The translations under genes were made by a program, and so were the position numbers. Shown piece after piece: positions 23,431 through 35,190 of a stretch of 64,000 nucleotides of DNA. The DNA is from Mytilus trossulus (taxonomy: Eukaryota). Under the pieces are notes generated by a model. That model saw only the letters and a list, made by a program, of their open reading frames with translations, made no database searches and was not told the DNA's origin. The stretch covers positions 32,178,001 to 32,242,000 of the forward strand of contig NC_086376.1 in the NCBI RefSeq assembly GCF_036588685.1, read 5' to 3'. How positions within the stretch are numbered: position 1 is the stretch's first letter; the number at the start of each line of letters is the position of its first letter.

Positions 23431-24865
23431 TGTGACAGAGTATATTTTTACGTATATGATTTATTAGTATTTTACATTTTATCATCTGCCAGATATTAGA
23501 CTTTATTACTTTATTCTGATTATTTGATCTTTTGGTTTATAGTCTATTATCTCGTTACACTTTAAAATGTATGGAAGTTCTAGTCAGTCATACTTCATTG
23601 AGCATAGTTGTAATAGTATCTACCTGTCTAACTCATTAGTAAATTAATTGTCACACCTTGTTTACCTTTATGGTCAGTTCTTATTGGTCATTCTGGACAC
23701 ACCTCAGATTTTGGAAAAGAAGTAATGGTGGTTAACTCTTGAAATTTGGAGACATACATATTTAATATATACTTCTTATTTAAACCGTATATAGTGATGA
23801 AAATTATATAGAGACATTATATTTAGTGCTCGTGACTACTCTCTGAAGTTTCCATACTTTGGAACAACTGTAGTTATTGAAATTACATTCTTTATATCTG
23901 GTAAGTAGATTTTATATTCTTTGTGGTGTATGAAAGGCGTATGCAGTGCATGCTTTACAATTCTGCCCATTTATAGGTAGGTTTGCCCATAGACCTTAGA
24001 TATGATAGGAGTAAGATAGTTGATGTATTAATCTGAGAATATATGATTTGAATCTGTAGTTTGAATGTAGAAAGGGAGATTTACGAATGATTTTGAAAGT
24101 GACCTTGACCTTTCAGTTATGGATCTATGACGTCACATTGACAATTGCATTCATATTGTCATATATGGTTATTCTGTGTAATAGCTTGATTTTATTATAT
24201 CAGTCTTTAATATGTTGTATTTTATATAAGGGATCACTATTTTCCAAGATCCTAGTATTTACTATTGTGTATTATTTTCAGGACACATAGATTATGATGT
24301 CCCTGTAACATACTGGTTGTACTGTAGATGTTAGATTTATAACCTGGTTCCACAGATTGGTAAGGGTCATATTATATTATATTGTACCTACATAGATATT
24401 ATACATTACAGTAGTGCATACGAACTTAATAGAATAGAATACTATAGTGAACATATAATAACCTTTGTATGCTAAAAGGTTTTACGAATGACACTCGTTT
24501 ATGAAGTGCAATACATTCGACTTGTTTATAATACGCTTGGTTGATTATAATGATATACTATTTGATACGACTTATCAAAAGCATGCATTTATATTTAGAA
24601 AGATATAATTGCAAGTGCATTCTTGATACTCAGTATAGTTTATTGTAAATGGAATAGATTACATGTATTATTTACGATCTTGTAACATTGTTATTACGCC
24701 AGTATAATATTTATATGTTTATAGTATAAGACTTTAATAAGACTGTGATATTGATAAATGTGATAACTATGCTATTCTGTATCTGTATCCTATGAATTTC
24801 TGCCAATATAGGCACACCTCCGTTATATGGAGTAAAACAATAAAAATAGTTCCACCACCGCAACA
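23431..24865 (+). mobile_element. Probable solo LTR (~1435 bp)
   Basis: TGTGAC...GCAACA termini; AATAAA ~20 nt before the 3' end; flanks ATATA / GTATA (5-bp TSD with 1 mismatch). Confidence 0.5.
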
Positions 24866-24869
24866 GTAT

Positions 24870-25375
24870 AGAATATCAATCCATCAATATATATATACAC
24901 TATGAGGATTATGTACACAGTTCACAGTTTTTTATATTTATTTATCCTTTTATATGTAAAAGATAAAAATTGTCTTTATACTATTAAAATTCTATTTATA
25001 AAACTTAATATTAAGCCTAGGCGATCTGCAAAAACCCTATTTGACCTATCTAACTGACTTTAAAGTTCATCTTTCTCCTGCTACTTATCAAGTCCATTTT
25101 TGAAAGTATTTCGTACCTCTTATTGTGTAATTTATAAATTAATTGTCTACACAAAGGTTCAATTCTATAGCTTATATCATTTTCTGACTCAGCACTGCAA
25201 GCATAGTGGAATGGATTAATAATTAGTTGCAAAATGTCTAGCTGAATATTAGAATGTTGCAAAGCAGGAAGCTCACTACATTTACATATAATGTTTTTCA
25301 AAATTGGTGTACGAAATTGGTCAAGTGCTCTACAACACAGCAAGAAATGTGAAAGTGATTCTTCTGCTTGGTCTT
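24870..25375 (-). mobile_element. Non-LTR retrotransposon 3' fragment, same orientation as NDUFS4
   Basis: Frame reads EESLSHFLLCCRALDQFRTPIL...LQLIINP...IEPLCRQLIYKLH, the second half of the RT zinc finger plus C-terminus, resembling the 22.7-23.0 kb element. Confidence 0.7.
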
Positions 25376-25486
25376 GTTATTGCAGGGTTATTTATTACCT
25401 ATGTTTACTTAATAAAGTGATGTCAAAGAACCCTAGACTTGTCGTTTATGGATACCCCGTAAAACACGACTATCACATATATATAC

Positions 25487-25551
25487 CTGCAGTTTTGGAG
25501 AGAAATATGTTTCTTTAGGCCGTTACGGAGACCAAGGGCAAGCGATGTCAT
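25487..25551 (-). CDS. NDUFS4: NDUFS4 (NADH:ubiquinone oxidoreductase subunit S4) exon 1, mitochondrial presequence
   Basis: ATG at 25551; MTSLALGLRNGLKKHISLQNC(R) is basic with no acidic residues; donor AG|gtatat, phase 2. ETS-like CAGGAAGT at ~25562. Total CDS 501 nt = 166 aa. Confidence 0.8.
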
Positions 25552-28018
25552 TTTTTCTCAACAGGAAGTACCAGCAGTGTTATCTCCCTTTAAATAATTT
25601 TACATTTTCTTACTCCCAAATGTGGAACACCGCATGTAGGTTACGGGATTATTCGCAACCGCTGTATGTCCTGCATGTTTAAAATACTAAAGGGAACTAC
25701 CATTTGATTTCTATGAGGGCTAGGATGAAATTTGGAAAAAAGGAGGACAGGAGTTTTGACTAAAATAAAGGCAGTACGAGACACATTGCCAAAAAAAAGA
25801 AGGCAGGATGACACTTGTGTGTAACAAAAGGAAAGGAACGAAGAGAGTAAAAAAGAGCAGGACAGTAAAACAACTTTAAAAAATCCAGGACTTACTTGGT
25901 CATTACTGAGCTGTCTGTACAGCGATCTTACCCACGTTCTCATATTTAATTTATTCATACTAAAACGGTAGACCTATATCTTAATCACAATAAATATAAA
26001 ATAAACAATTGATGACACGATACATGTGTACTCGATAATATCACTAAACAAATCATTGATAACAAAGATTAGCATTCCATATGTATTGTTGTCTACAAAT
26101 AACAATCGGGATGACCTCCGAAGACTGATGACGGTCTTATAACCCAATATAATTGAATTACATATTTATAAATAGATAGCGACCACTTGTAATTTATTTG
26201 TCTGGGTCAGTTTGATTACAAATTAGTCTATTGCGTCTGGTTTTTTTTTTTACCTGTATAATAATGATGTGGATTCAAAACGGCATTGAAACGATTGCTT
26301 GTCATGTAAAGTAATTCTGGACTTAATCTATTGCCATTTCTTAATAGACATAAACGATAACTTAAAAAAATCAGGATTTTGAACATATTTTTTATTGCCA
26401 ACTATGTCTTTTTTGTAGGTTAAAACTTTCACATATTTCGATGAAAATGTACAATAAATAGATAATATGAAATGACATAGCAAAGTTACCTTTTTCGTTT
26501 TAGAGTTGTCTGCCTTTTACCGAAAGAGATCACATGCGTGTCACATGTTGAACATTTCAAATCATTATGATATATCAAAAATACAACCTGATCTGAAAAT
26601 TCTGCCTCTAAAGTAAACATGGTGACATTGAAAAGGAATTTTAAACCATTAAACATAGTTGACAATGAGACTCTCGTTTTCAACATTTAGAGTGCATTTA
26701 AAGTTAGCAAAAGTACAAATAACTGTCTAGTCCACACTGAGACTACTATAACGGGCACTTGTCTCAGAATTCGGAGACAAGTATGGTCTATTCCTAGGAA
26801 ATAATGAGCGAAGGATTGACGGCCCTCCGATCCATTTGCGGTATTTCAACGACATGTACAGTTATTTGGACTTTATACATATACATGATCAGGCGACACC
26901 ATCAAAAACGTATGGACGTTTGTAAAGAGGATGTACCGGATAAGCCTCAGTTGGTTGGTGGAATACAAAGTAGACATGTCACATTCACATATACTTCACA
27001 TTTCCCTTATCTATATGAGAGATCAGAGCTCATTTGATACACATTTACTAACGGTCGCAATCCTTGGTTTTAAGTGTTAGGCTCGTTTTTTACTATATTG
27101 TTTATTTCAGATCATCGGTCAACATTCGGACATATTTTCAAGATTGTAATTATAACTTCATGTCAATTTTGCACATATAGAGTTTCGGGTAAATGACAAT
27201 AGTAGTTGATGCTATTTACAGAGGAAGTGGGATGATTGGACAGACAAATATCCACAAGAGACCAAATGACGAAACTGCTAAAAACTATAGACCTCCATAT
27301 GGCCTTCTCTAAAATCCACACCCTATATAATCAACAAAATTTTTCCTTCAAAAGGTGTGCTTGGATCCGCAGGAATCAACAGGACAAAACAGAAACAGGT
27401 TCAGAACAACAAATGTATTAATATGACAAAACAGATATTATGCAATAGGCAAAACACAAAAAAAAAATCAAAAATCATATTATAAATCATTTGAAGATCA
27501 AATATGAGTGAACTATACTATCTGCATTCACCACATAGTGTTTATAAAGTACGTCGCACCAGGCCTCCACGCGTACGTGCTACCTTTACCGTATACTATA
27601 AATTACATAACATATATTTTTTTAAATTCTGAAACATGTATTGCTATATTATCCATATTACCTGACCGTAAATCATTTCACTGCAAGTTTAGTGTAAAGA
27701 TAATTCAGAAGATGTGGTATCATTACTAATGAGAAAACTGTCCATGGAAGCAAAGGTTGTAACAAATAAAGTCTATTCAGACAATACAAGACACATACTC
27801 TAAACATACATGGCACGTGCATGCACTTTAGAAAAGAAAGAAATGTACCTTTTCAACCGGCTGTGTAGAATAATTGAATGAAGATTGCTGAGTTAACAGA
27901 AACCCTCGACATCTGACGGAAAAAATCTTTTATCTTTCACTAATTAAAACAGGTGTATTATACGATAAGGACCGTATGTATGGCATGCCGCAAGCCGTTT
28001 TGAGAAATATTCAATTTC

Positions 28019-28094
28019 AAGATATCTTTAAAAAGTCAATAAGATATCTTTAAAAAGTCAATAAGATATCTTTAAAAAGTCAATAAGATATCTT
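28019..28094. repeat. 22-bp tandem repeat, ~3.5 copies
   Basis: aagatatctttaaaaagtcaat repeated, with further degenerate gatatc copies to ~28210. Confidence 0.9.
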
Positions 28095-28209
28095 ATAAAG
28101 TATATAAGATATCATTAACGTTAATTACTTGCCTTATATAGTTTATATCAACAGTCTTTATAGACCGTCGCAAAAGACTTTTTGAGATATCTCGAATCTA
28201 TAAGATATC

Positions 28210-30382
28210 AACTGAGCCAGACGTAATAATAGGCACGGACATATGGCTTGATCCAAACATCAAATCAAGTGAGAGTATACCAGACTACTTCCATTATGAC
28301 ACGGAACGGTGGGAACTCCCAAAGGACCCCATGGAGGGGTAATGATAGCAGCTAAACAAACATTATGGCTGGTTAACATCATAAAAAGACATAGAACTAC
28401 TGACTGGTTCTATTAACTTAGAAGGAAAAAAAAGAAAATACTTATAGGTGCATTGTATCGACCTGATAAAACAGATGACACCTACTTTAATAAAATGAAA
28501 GACGAAATAAATACCATCAGAGCAAAACACCAAAAAGATATATTCCTTATTTGTGTTGATTTCAACTAAACAAATATTAACTGGGCAGAACAAGCTATAG
28601 ACCATCGACAGTATCCTACCAGAACCAACCAGGCTTTCTTAGAACTTGCAGCTGACAACGGGGTAGAACAAATTGTGGACTTTTCAACACGAAAAGAGAA
28701 CACCTTAGATTTATTGCTTACCTCTCATCCTTCTTTGCAATTAAGATGCAAACCTTTACCATCAATATGAAACAGCGACCATGCCATCGCCCTCCTAAAT
28801 ATGGCTTGTATACCACTTAAACCTAAACCAGTCAGAAAGAAAATATTTCTATGGAAAAAAGCTGAAATACATAATATAAAGGAAGACCTACAAAACTTTT
28901 TAACTACCTTCAAAAACATCAAAGATAGAAGCGGTGAGTCTTTATGACAGGCATTTAAAACAGCTGTACAAACTACCATAGAGAAAAAGAGTACCAACAT
29001 TAATGACTCTAGGAAGAAACACTCATCCATGGATCAATACAACCATTGGACGCAAAATTAACCAAAAGCAGAGAAGTCTAGAAAAACTTAAAAGAAGAGA
29101 CAAGGATAGGTATAAAAGACTACAACAGTGGGAGGTCTGGCAAGTCAACAAGAAATATATGGAAGAGGTCATTTCAGACTATAGAGATAATGCAAAGAAA
29201 TTCTGGTCTTATATATAGAGCAAAGGTCAAGAATGGATAGGGATGGGACCGTTAAAAACAAAATGGGATTTCTGCAAATTGACAAGAGCAAAGCTGACAT
29301 TTTAAACGACCAATTCCAGTCAGTATTTACCAAATAAAACCTAAATAACTTCCCAGATAAAGGAAAAGTCCATACTCCACCATGAAAAACATACTAATTA
29401 GCACCAACGGAGTCCACAAATTGTTGAAAAAACTAAAACCGCATAAAGCTACTGGTCCCGACTCAATGCTAGCCTTTAAACTGAAAGCAGCAGCAGAACA
29501 ATTTACTCCTATACTAACAGACCTATATCAAACATCATACGGAACACTGGTGAAGTCCCGCAATATTGGAGAGATGCCAATGTAGTTCCGCTTTTTAAAA
29601 AAGACGAAAGGCACCTAGCATCTAACTACAGACCAGTATCTTTAACTTCCATTACATGTAATGTCGTAGAACATATGGTACATAGCAACATCATGGACCA
29701 CTTTGACAAAAAATAAAATACTAACTGATGCACAACACGGATTCCGCAAAAGACGATCATGCGAATTCCAACTAATCGGTAACCATCAACGACATTGCAT
29801 CAAAATTAAAGTATACATCATCCTGCTAGACTTTGCAAACACATTTGACAAGGACCACATCACTACTTCATACACACGCTGGAATACTATGGCGTCAACC
29901 CCAAAACCATCAAATGGATTCGCTCCTTCCTACATAACAGAAAGCAAAGCGTGATATTAGAGGGTGCCGTCTCCACGCAGGTACCAGTACTCTCTGGTGT
30001 ACTCCAAGGCACAGTCCTTGGTCCATTACTGTTCCTAGCCTACATTAACGACATGCCAGAATCAGCATCTACATCAGAGACCAAATTATTCGCGAATGAC
30101 AGCCTACTCTTTTATACCATCACCAACCAAGCTGACCGTGAACTTCTTCAAAAAGACTTAACAGCATTGGAAGACTGGGAAAACAAATGGCAGATGAGTT
30201 TTAATGTAAAAAAATGCCTGGTCATTAGAATAACACCAACAAATCGACCAGTGATATAAACGTCGTACCCTCTACACGGTCATACTCTAGACACAGAGGA
30301 AGTAAGTAAATATCTTGGAGTAACCATCAGCAACTACCTAACATGGGATAAACACATAGATAATACAGTAGGCAAAGGAAAC
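28210..30382 (+). mobile_element. Degenerate LINE ORF2 (APE endonuclease + reverse transcriptase; CR1/L2-group-like), truncated at both ends
   Basis: EN motifs PDVIIG..WLD, GGV, LYRP, DFN, NTLDL, SDH. RT motifs KATGPD, NYRPVSLTS, QHGFRKRRSC, LDF..FD, SGVLQGTVLGPLLFLAYINDM, LFAND (YADD site altered), WQMSFN..KC, KYLGV. Many frameshifts and stops. Confidence 0.9.
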
Positions 30383-30484
30383 GTTGAATTTTTTTTTAAT
30401 TGTATATTTTTTTGCGAACGTTTTAAATGTAATTTGTAAATAGCCAAGAGAAACCTTTCTGTGTTGCCCGACACTGCATAAAGT

Positions 30485-31139
30485 TTTCGCGCGGAACCAT
30501 TAACATTCAACATTGAATCCGGTTGTCTTACCTGGAAGAAGAAGAATATCTTATTGAATAAAATTATATAAAAAAAACAATTAATACTTTTAGGCATCTT
30601 ATATATACTTCATGGCCATATGCTATCTCATTTCTAAGTTATAAAATATCTTACTTCAGTATATGAGATGTCTGGGCGGCAATAGAATAAATATGAAAAC
30701 TAGTCCTTTGGAAGCGACTGTCGATGACCGATAACTAGAGATCACTATAGAGCTTGGGATTTGAACATTTGCAGATTTATGTTATATACTCTTTAAAATA
30801 GTCTTCGACTGAAAATAATGATTATTTTCGAAGACTATTTTAAAGAGTATATAACTGTTTTTTCTTATGTTTTTATTTACTATATTTATCATGTATTATT
30901 TGATATCATACCTTGTAAGATCTTGTAAAATTATTCACGAAAAAATAGTTATTCATTTCAGGATACAGCTTAGAGTAATAGTTTCCCGCCAAAAAGCAAT
31001 TAGCAATAAATACACCGTTTCCTTCCCTCTCCGTACATGCTCCCTTACCTACTGAGCAAACATGTGAGGAACAACGGTTTACAAAATTTATTGCAAGTTA
31101 CTGCAACCGTCCATGTGAAGAATATATGTGTAGGTAAGT
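30485..31139. promoter_or_regulatory. Probable promoter/first-exon region with E2F-type sites
   Basis: TTTCGCGCGGAA at 30485-30496 and TTTCCCGCCAAA at 30982-30993; CpG-enriched; plus-strand donor TAG|GTAAGT at 31133/31134 and minus-strand donor CAG|GTAAGA at 30532/30531. Confidence 0.55.
30781..30855. repeat. 75-nt near-perfect inverted repeat
   Basis: 28-bp perfect arms at 30781-30808 and 30828-30855; the interior also pairs (aaataat-g-attattt) apart from a 3-nt bulge. Confidence 0.95.
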
Positions 31140-31299
31140 AGAAACAGAACTGTTTAGTCATAAACTGATAAAAGCATACACACAAAAGCAGCATCGAAAT
31201 TAAAAACATTCTCAGGACAGAAAGCACAAATAATAACATATGATTTTAAAAGCAAAAATACAAACAAAAATGCAATTCCAGGCATGATTGGGGTTACAT

Positions 31300-31522
31300 C
31301 AGACATCGGGTGCCACATGTGGAGCAGGATGAGCTTACCATTCTGGAGCACCTGAGATCACCCCTAGTTTTTGGTGGTGTTGCTTATTCTTAAGTTTTCT
31401 ATGTTGTGTCATGCAGTACTATTGTTTGTCTGTTTTTCTTTTTCCTTTTTAGCCATGGCGTTGTCAGTTCATTTTCGATTTATGAGTTTGACTGTCCCTC
31501 TGGTATCTTTCGTCCCTCTTTC
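31300..31522 (+). mobile_element. Retroposon-like family B copy
   Basis: Homologous to 16610-16960 and 21988-22300. Confidence 0.7.
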
Positions 31523-31758
31523 ATGAATCAAATACACAGGTGCGTACTAAAAGCAGGTTGTGAACAATTAATGCCTCAAATAAAGGATAACCCCTCAATA
31601 TAATGATTACCCCTTTTATGAGGGGTAAATTTCAAATCATAAAAATATGTTTTTGTAACAACCCCTTTTTTTTTGCAATTTTATTGTTTCACCAAACAAC
31701 AGCAAACGTACCCCTCCTATAAGGGACAGTCCCTTAAAAGTATATCCCTCACATGAGG

Positions 31759-31785
31759 TATAAAAAAGAAGATGTGGTATGATTG
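31759..31785 (-). mobile_element. 27-bp family A terminal fragment with 13-bp TSD
   Basis: CCCTCACATGAGG at 31746-31758 and 31786-31798 flanks tataaaaaagaagatgtggtatgattg. Confidence 0.85.
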
Positions 31786-31839
31786 CCCTCACATGAGGGG
31801 TTGTTTCCAACCTGTTCAGGTACATGATTGAAAGGTGTG

Positions 31840-32940
31840 TTTTTTTGTCGAGCCTGCAACTTTTGTTGCAGAAAGCTTGACATAGGGATAGTGATCCGGC
31901 GGCGGCTACGGCGGCGGCGTTAGCTCACTTCTTAAAAGCTTTATATTTTAAAAGGTGGAAGACTTGGATGCTTCATACTTTGTATATAGATGCTTCATGT
32001 TATGAAGTTTCCGTCAGTCACATGTCCAATGTCCTTGACCTCATTTTCATGGTTCAATAACCACTTAAAAAAAAAGTTCAGATTTTTTGTAATAATGAAT
32101 TCTCTCTTATTATGATTAATAGGAAAACTATATTTGATATGTGCGTACCTTGCAAGGTCCTCATGTCTGTCAGACAGTTTTCACTTGACCTCGACCTCAT
32201 TTCATGGACCAGTGTCAGAACAAGGTTAAGTTTTGTGGTCAAGTTCATATCTCAGATACTATACGCAATAGGGCTTGTATATTCGGTGTATGGAAGGACT
32301 GTAAGGTGTACATGTCCAACTGGCAGGTGTCATCTGACCTTGACCTCATTTTCATGGTTCAGTGGTTATAGTTAGGTTTTTGTGTTTTGGTGTGTTTTTC
32401 TCATACTAAATGCAACAGGTCTACTATATTTGTTGTATGGAATGATTGTAAGGTGTACATGTCTAGCGGGCAGTTGTCATGTGACCTTGACCTCATTTTC
32501 ATGGTTCAGTGGTCACAAAGTTAAGTTTTTGAGTTTTGGTCTTTTTATCTAATACTATATGCCATAGGTCAATTATATTTGGTGTATGGAAATATTTTAT
32601 GATCTTTATGTCAGTCGCGCAGGTTTTATTTGACCGTGACCTCATTTTCACGGTTCATTGCACAGTGTTAAGTTTTTTGTGTTTTGGTCTATTTTTCTTC
32701 AACTATAAGTAATAGGTCAACTATATATGTTGTATAGAAGCATTGTTAGCTGTACATGTCTGCCTGGCATGGATCATCTGACCTTGACCTCATTTTCAAG
32801 GTTCATTGGTCTTTGTTTAGTTATCTAGATTAATGTTAAGTTTATGTGACAGTTGTAATAAAGCTTTATACTTAGGACTATCAACATAATATCAATGATT
32901 AGTTCCGGATGCGAGACATTTCAGCGTGTGCACTCTTGTT
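31840..32940 (+). mobile_element. Complete HINE-like element with ~6 tandem ~148-bp cores
   Basis: ttttgtcgagc start; hairpin ctgcaac-tttt-gttgcag; (GGC)n microsatellite; cores marked by tgaccttgacctcattttca at 32186/32335/32482/32631/32779; end ...gtgcactcttgtt. Confidence 0.8.
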
Positions 32941-32950
32941 TATATGTTAG

Positions 32951-32981
32951 CAAGAAACATTCAAGTTGTCTATCAGCACTG
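32951..32981 (+). other. Candidate 31-nt non-coding exon
   Basis: gttag| ... CTG|gtaagt with a strong donor; splice-signal evidence only. Confidence 0.3.
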
Positions 32982-34989
32982 GTAAGTTTTATTTTCCAAG
33001 TATGAACACTCTTTCTCCTGTTAACTTCATATTGAAATTTTAGTGGTAATTTCTTAGCAATTTTGTAGTATGTATCTCTTTTTTTCTCACCTAAATACAT
33101 ATATTTTTAAAATAGTGTACAAGTTATAAGTGAATTTTCGTCAAATTTTTACAGACACTCTCTGTACAGATTACAAGTCAAAATACAAATTATAATTTGT
33201 ACAAAATGATAACTTGTACTTTTTACAGGTGTCACTTGACCAAATATCAGTTCTAGACCCTCTCAATATTTATGAGACTTAAAATAAACCTATAAAGAAT
33301 AAGAGCTCAAATCTTCTTGTATTTCAGAAATAGATCTGGATTCCTCATTAAATATTCGAGAAGTTTTAGAAATGCACAAATAGACTTTTAAAAAAAAAAT
33401 CTCTCCAAAATACAGTATATTTCCTTTTAGCAAGACCGCATGACATGTGCTCTACTTATTCCAGCAATTTGATTTTAAAATATATATAAGATTTGAATGT
33501 TCATAGTATTAAGAATTTCTCATACACTGCAACAGGTATGAAAAAATCCAGTGAAACATTTTCCTTCATTTCTTGATGGTACATTGTATATACATAGAAT
33601 ATGTCTTATATTCATTTATTTTCCTATACCAATAACCATGATTGTCAATATTTATGTGAACATATTCTTGATGGCCAGATTGTTAATTTTCTTTAGAAGC
33701 TGTATAATGGTTTTCTTTAGCCAAATAAGACGGAATTAATATTTCCAATCTCTTTAATGTCACCCTTGACAGAATATTATTGGTCATTTCATTTTGTTTT
33801 TGTCACTGAAGAATGAGATAATAATGTCTACTTCATCTGAGCAGTGGAGTAAATAAAACATTTGACATACAGACAGGAAATGATGATAATCTTTTATATA
33901 GTAAATATAATGTCTTCAACCAGAATATACAGAACAAACCTACACTAAAGGGCAATAATACATTGTTTTTGTGTTTAAGAAAACTCTATTGCATGCCAAG
34001 TTTGTCAAAAAATACTGATGTTTACATGCTTCTTTTTAATTTAGACTATTGGAGGGGAAAAGGCATTATTTTGATCTAGTCCTGTCCTGTCTACTGGTCT
34101 GTCTAATTCCATTACTCATTTCTTTGAATAACCTTATTGGCATTTGAAAAGTTGGCAGGTATGGAAATTCTTCATTCAGTTTTTCTTTTTTGCAGCTCTA
34201 AGACATGAGGAGTTAGTGGTGAATTCAGCTTTTTTAGAAAATTTATGTCACAGATTTGAATTGGTATACATGTGTTTGTAGGAGTTCTATGAAAACAGAG
34301 ATGGAAGGTATTTTATTTAAGTTTTACACTTGCTGACTCGGCTGGTGGGGCAGGTCTTTTGATGAGTGCAAAGGCTGCTACAGTAATTACCCTGATCAAG
34401 TACAAATTTGGGTAGTGTCACTTTTACTGTTCTTTAGCTATGTCCTTATATAACTGTATATGAAATGCAAACAGGGCATCATTTGTGACCATGGGACACA
34501 TTCCCCATAGATTTATTTAAGTTGCAATGTATTTTCATGAATATTTTGTAAAAAAAAATTGAACCTCAATGAAAAGCTCTGATCTGTCAGTGCAGCAATA
34601 TTGTTAAGCATGTTTATATAGATGAACCTATTTAAATGTTAATTAGGGTAATAGGGAATCTTGGACCTTGAACATGAAGAAAAGTGTTTTACCTTGTTAA
34701 TAGTTGTTTTTATTCATGTAGATCTATTTTCTGCTGAATTTTCCTCACTTGTGGTATAATGACGCACGCTTGGTCTACTGCATTCATTTCTAGTACTTGT
34801 ATGGAAATAATGACTAATTATGACATAGAATATAATGATCATATTCTTGTATACTTGGAAATAATTGCTGTTTATGTTTTACAGTACACAAACATATTAT
34901 GATAATTTCACAGATCCCAAAATAAATAATTTGAAATTGTACTAGGTTTTGTAACAAGTGATAATTGGATGTTTCAAGTTAACTAATGA

Positions 34990-35190
34990 TAGATACCAGG
35001 ATTGAAATTTTACATTCGTGCCAGACACATGCATGCTCCATTTTCAAAAGACTCATCAGTGATGCTCGAATCAAAAAAAGTTAAAGACCAAATAAAGTAT
35101 GAAGTTAAAGAGCATTGAAGACCAAAAATTCCTAAAAGTTTTGCCAAATACAGCTAAGATAATCCATACCTTAGGTAGAAAAGCCTTAGT
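34990..35190 (-). mobile_element. Retroposon fragment with a decayed hammerhead-like core
   Basis: Minus strand reads cacTGATGAgtcttttgaaaatggagcatgcatgtgtctggc; the body is T-rich like families A-C. Confidence 0.4.

Noticed and set aside
25050-25343. 97-aa ORF as an extra NDUFS4 exon or independent gene
   Set aside because: It matches a LINE zinc-finger/C-terminal pattern, and NDUFS4 exons 1 and 2 already join in frame without it.
25612-25935. Minus-strand donor-like sites (~25612, ~25895, ~25931) as alternative NDUFS4 first exons
   Set aside because: No convincing acceptor before the ATG exon, and the nearest ATG-donor pair is out of phase with exon 2.
26804-27037. 77-aa ATG-initiated ORF
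   Set aside because: No recognisable motif or splice context; cannot be supported without a search.
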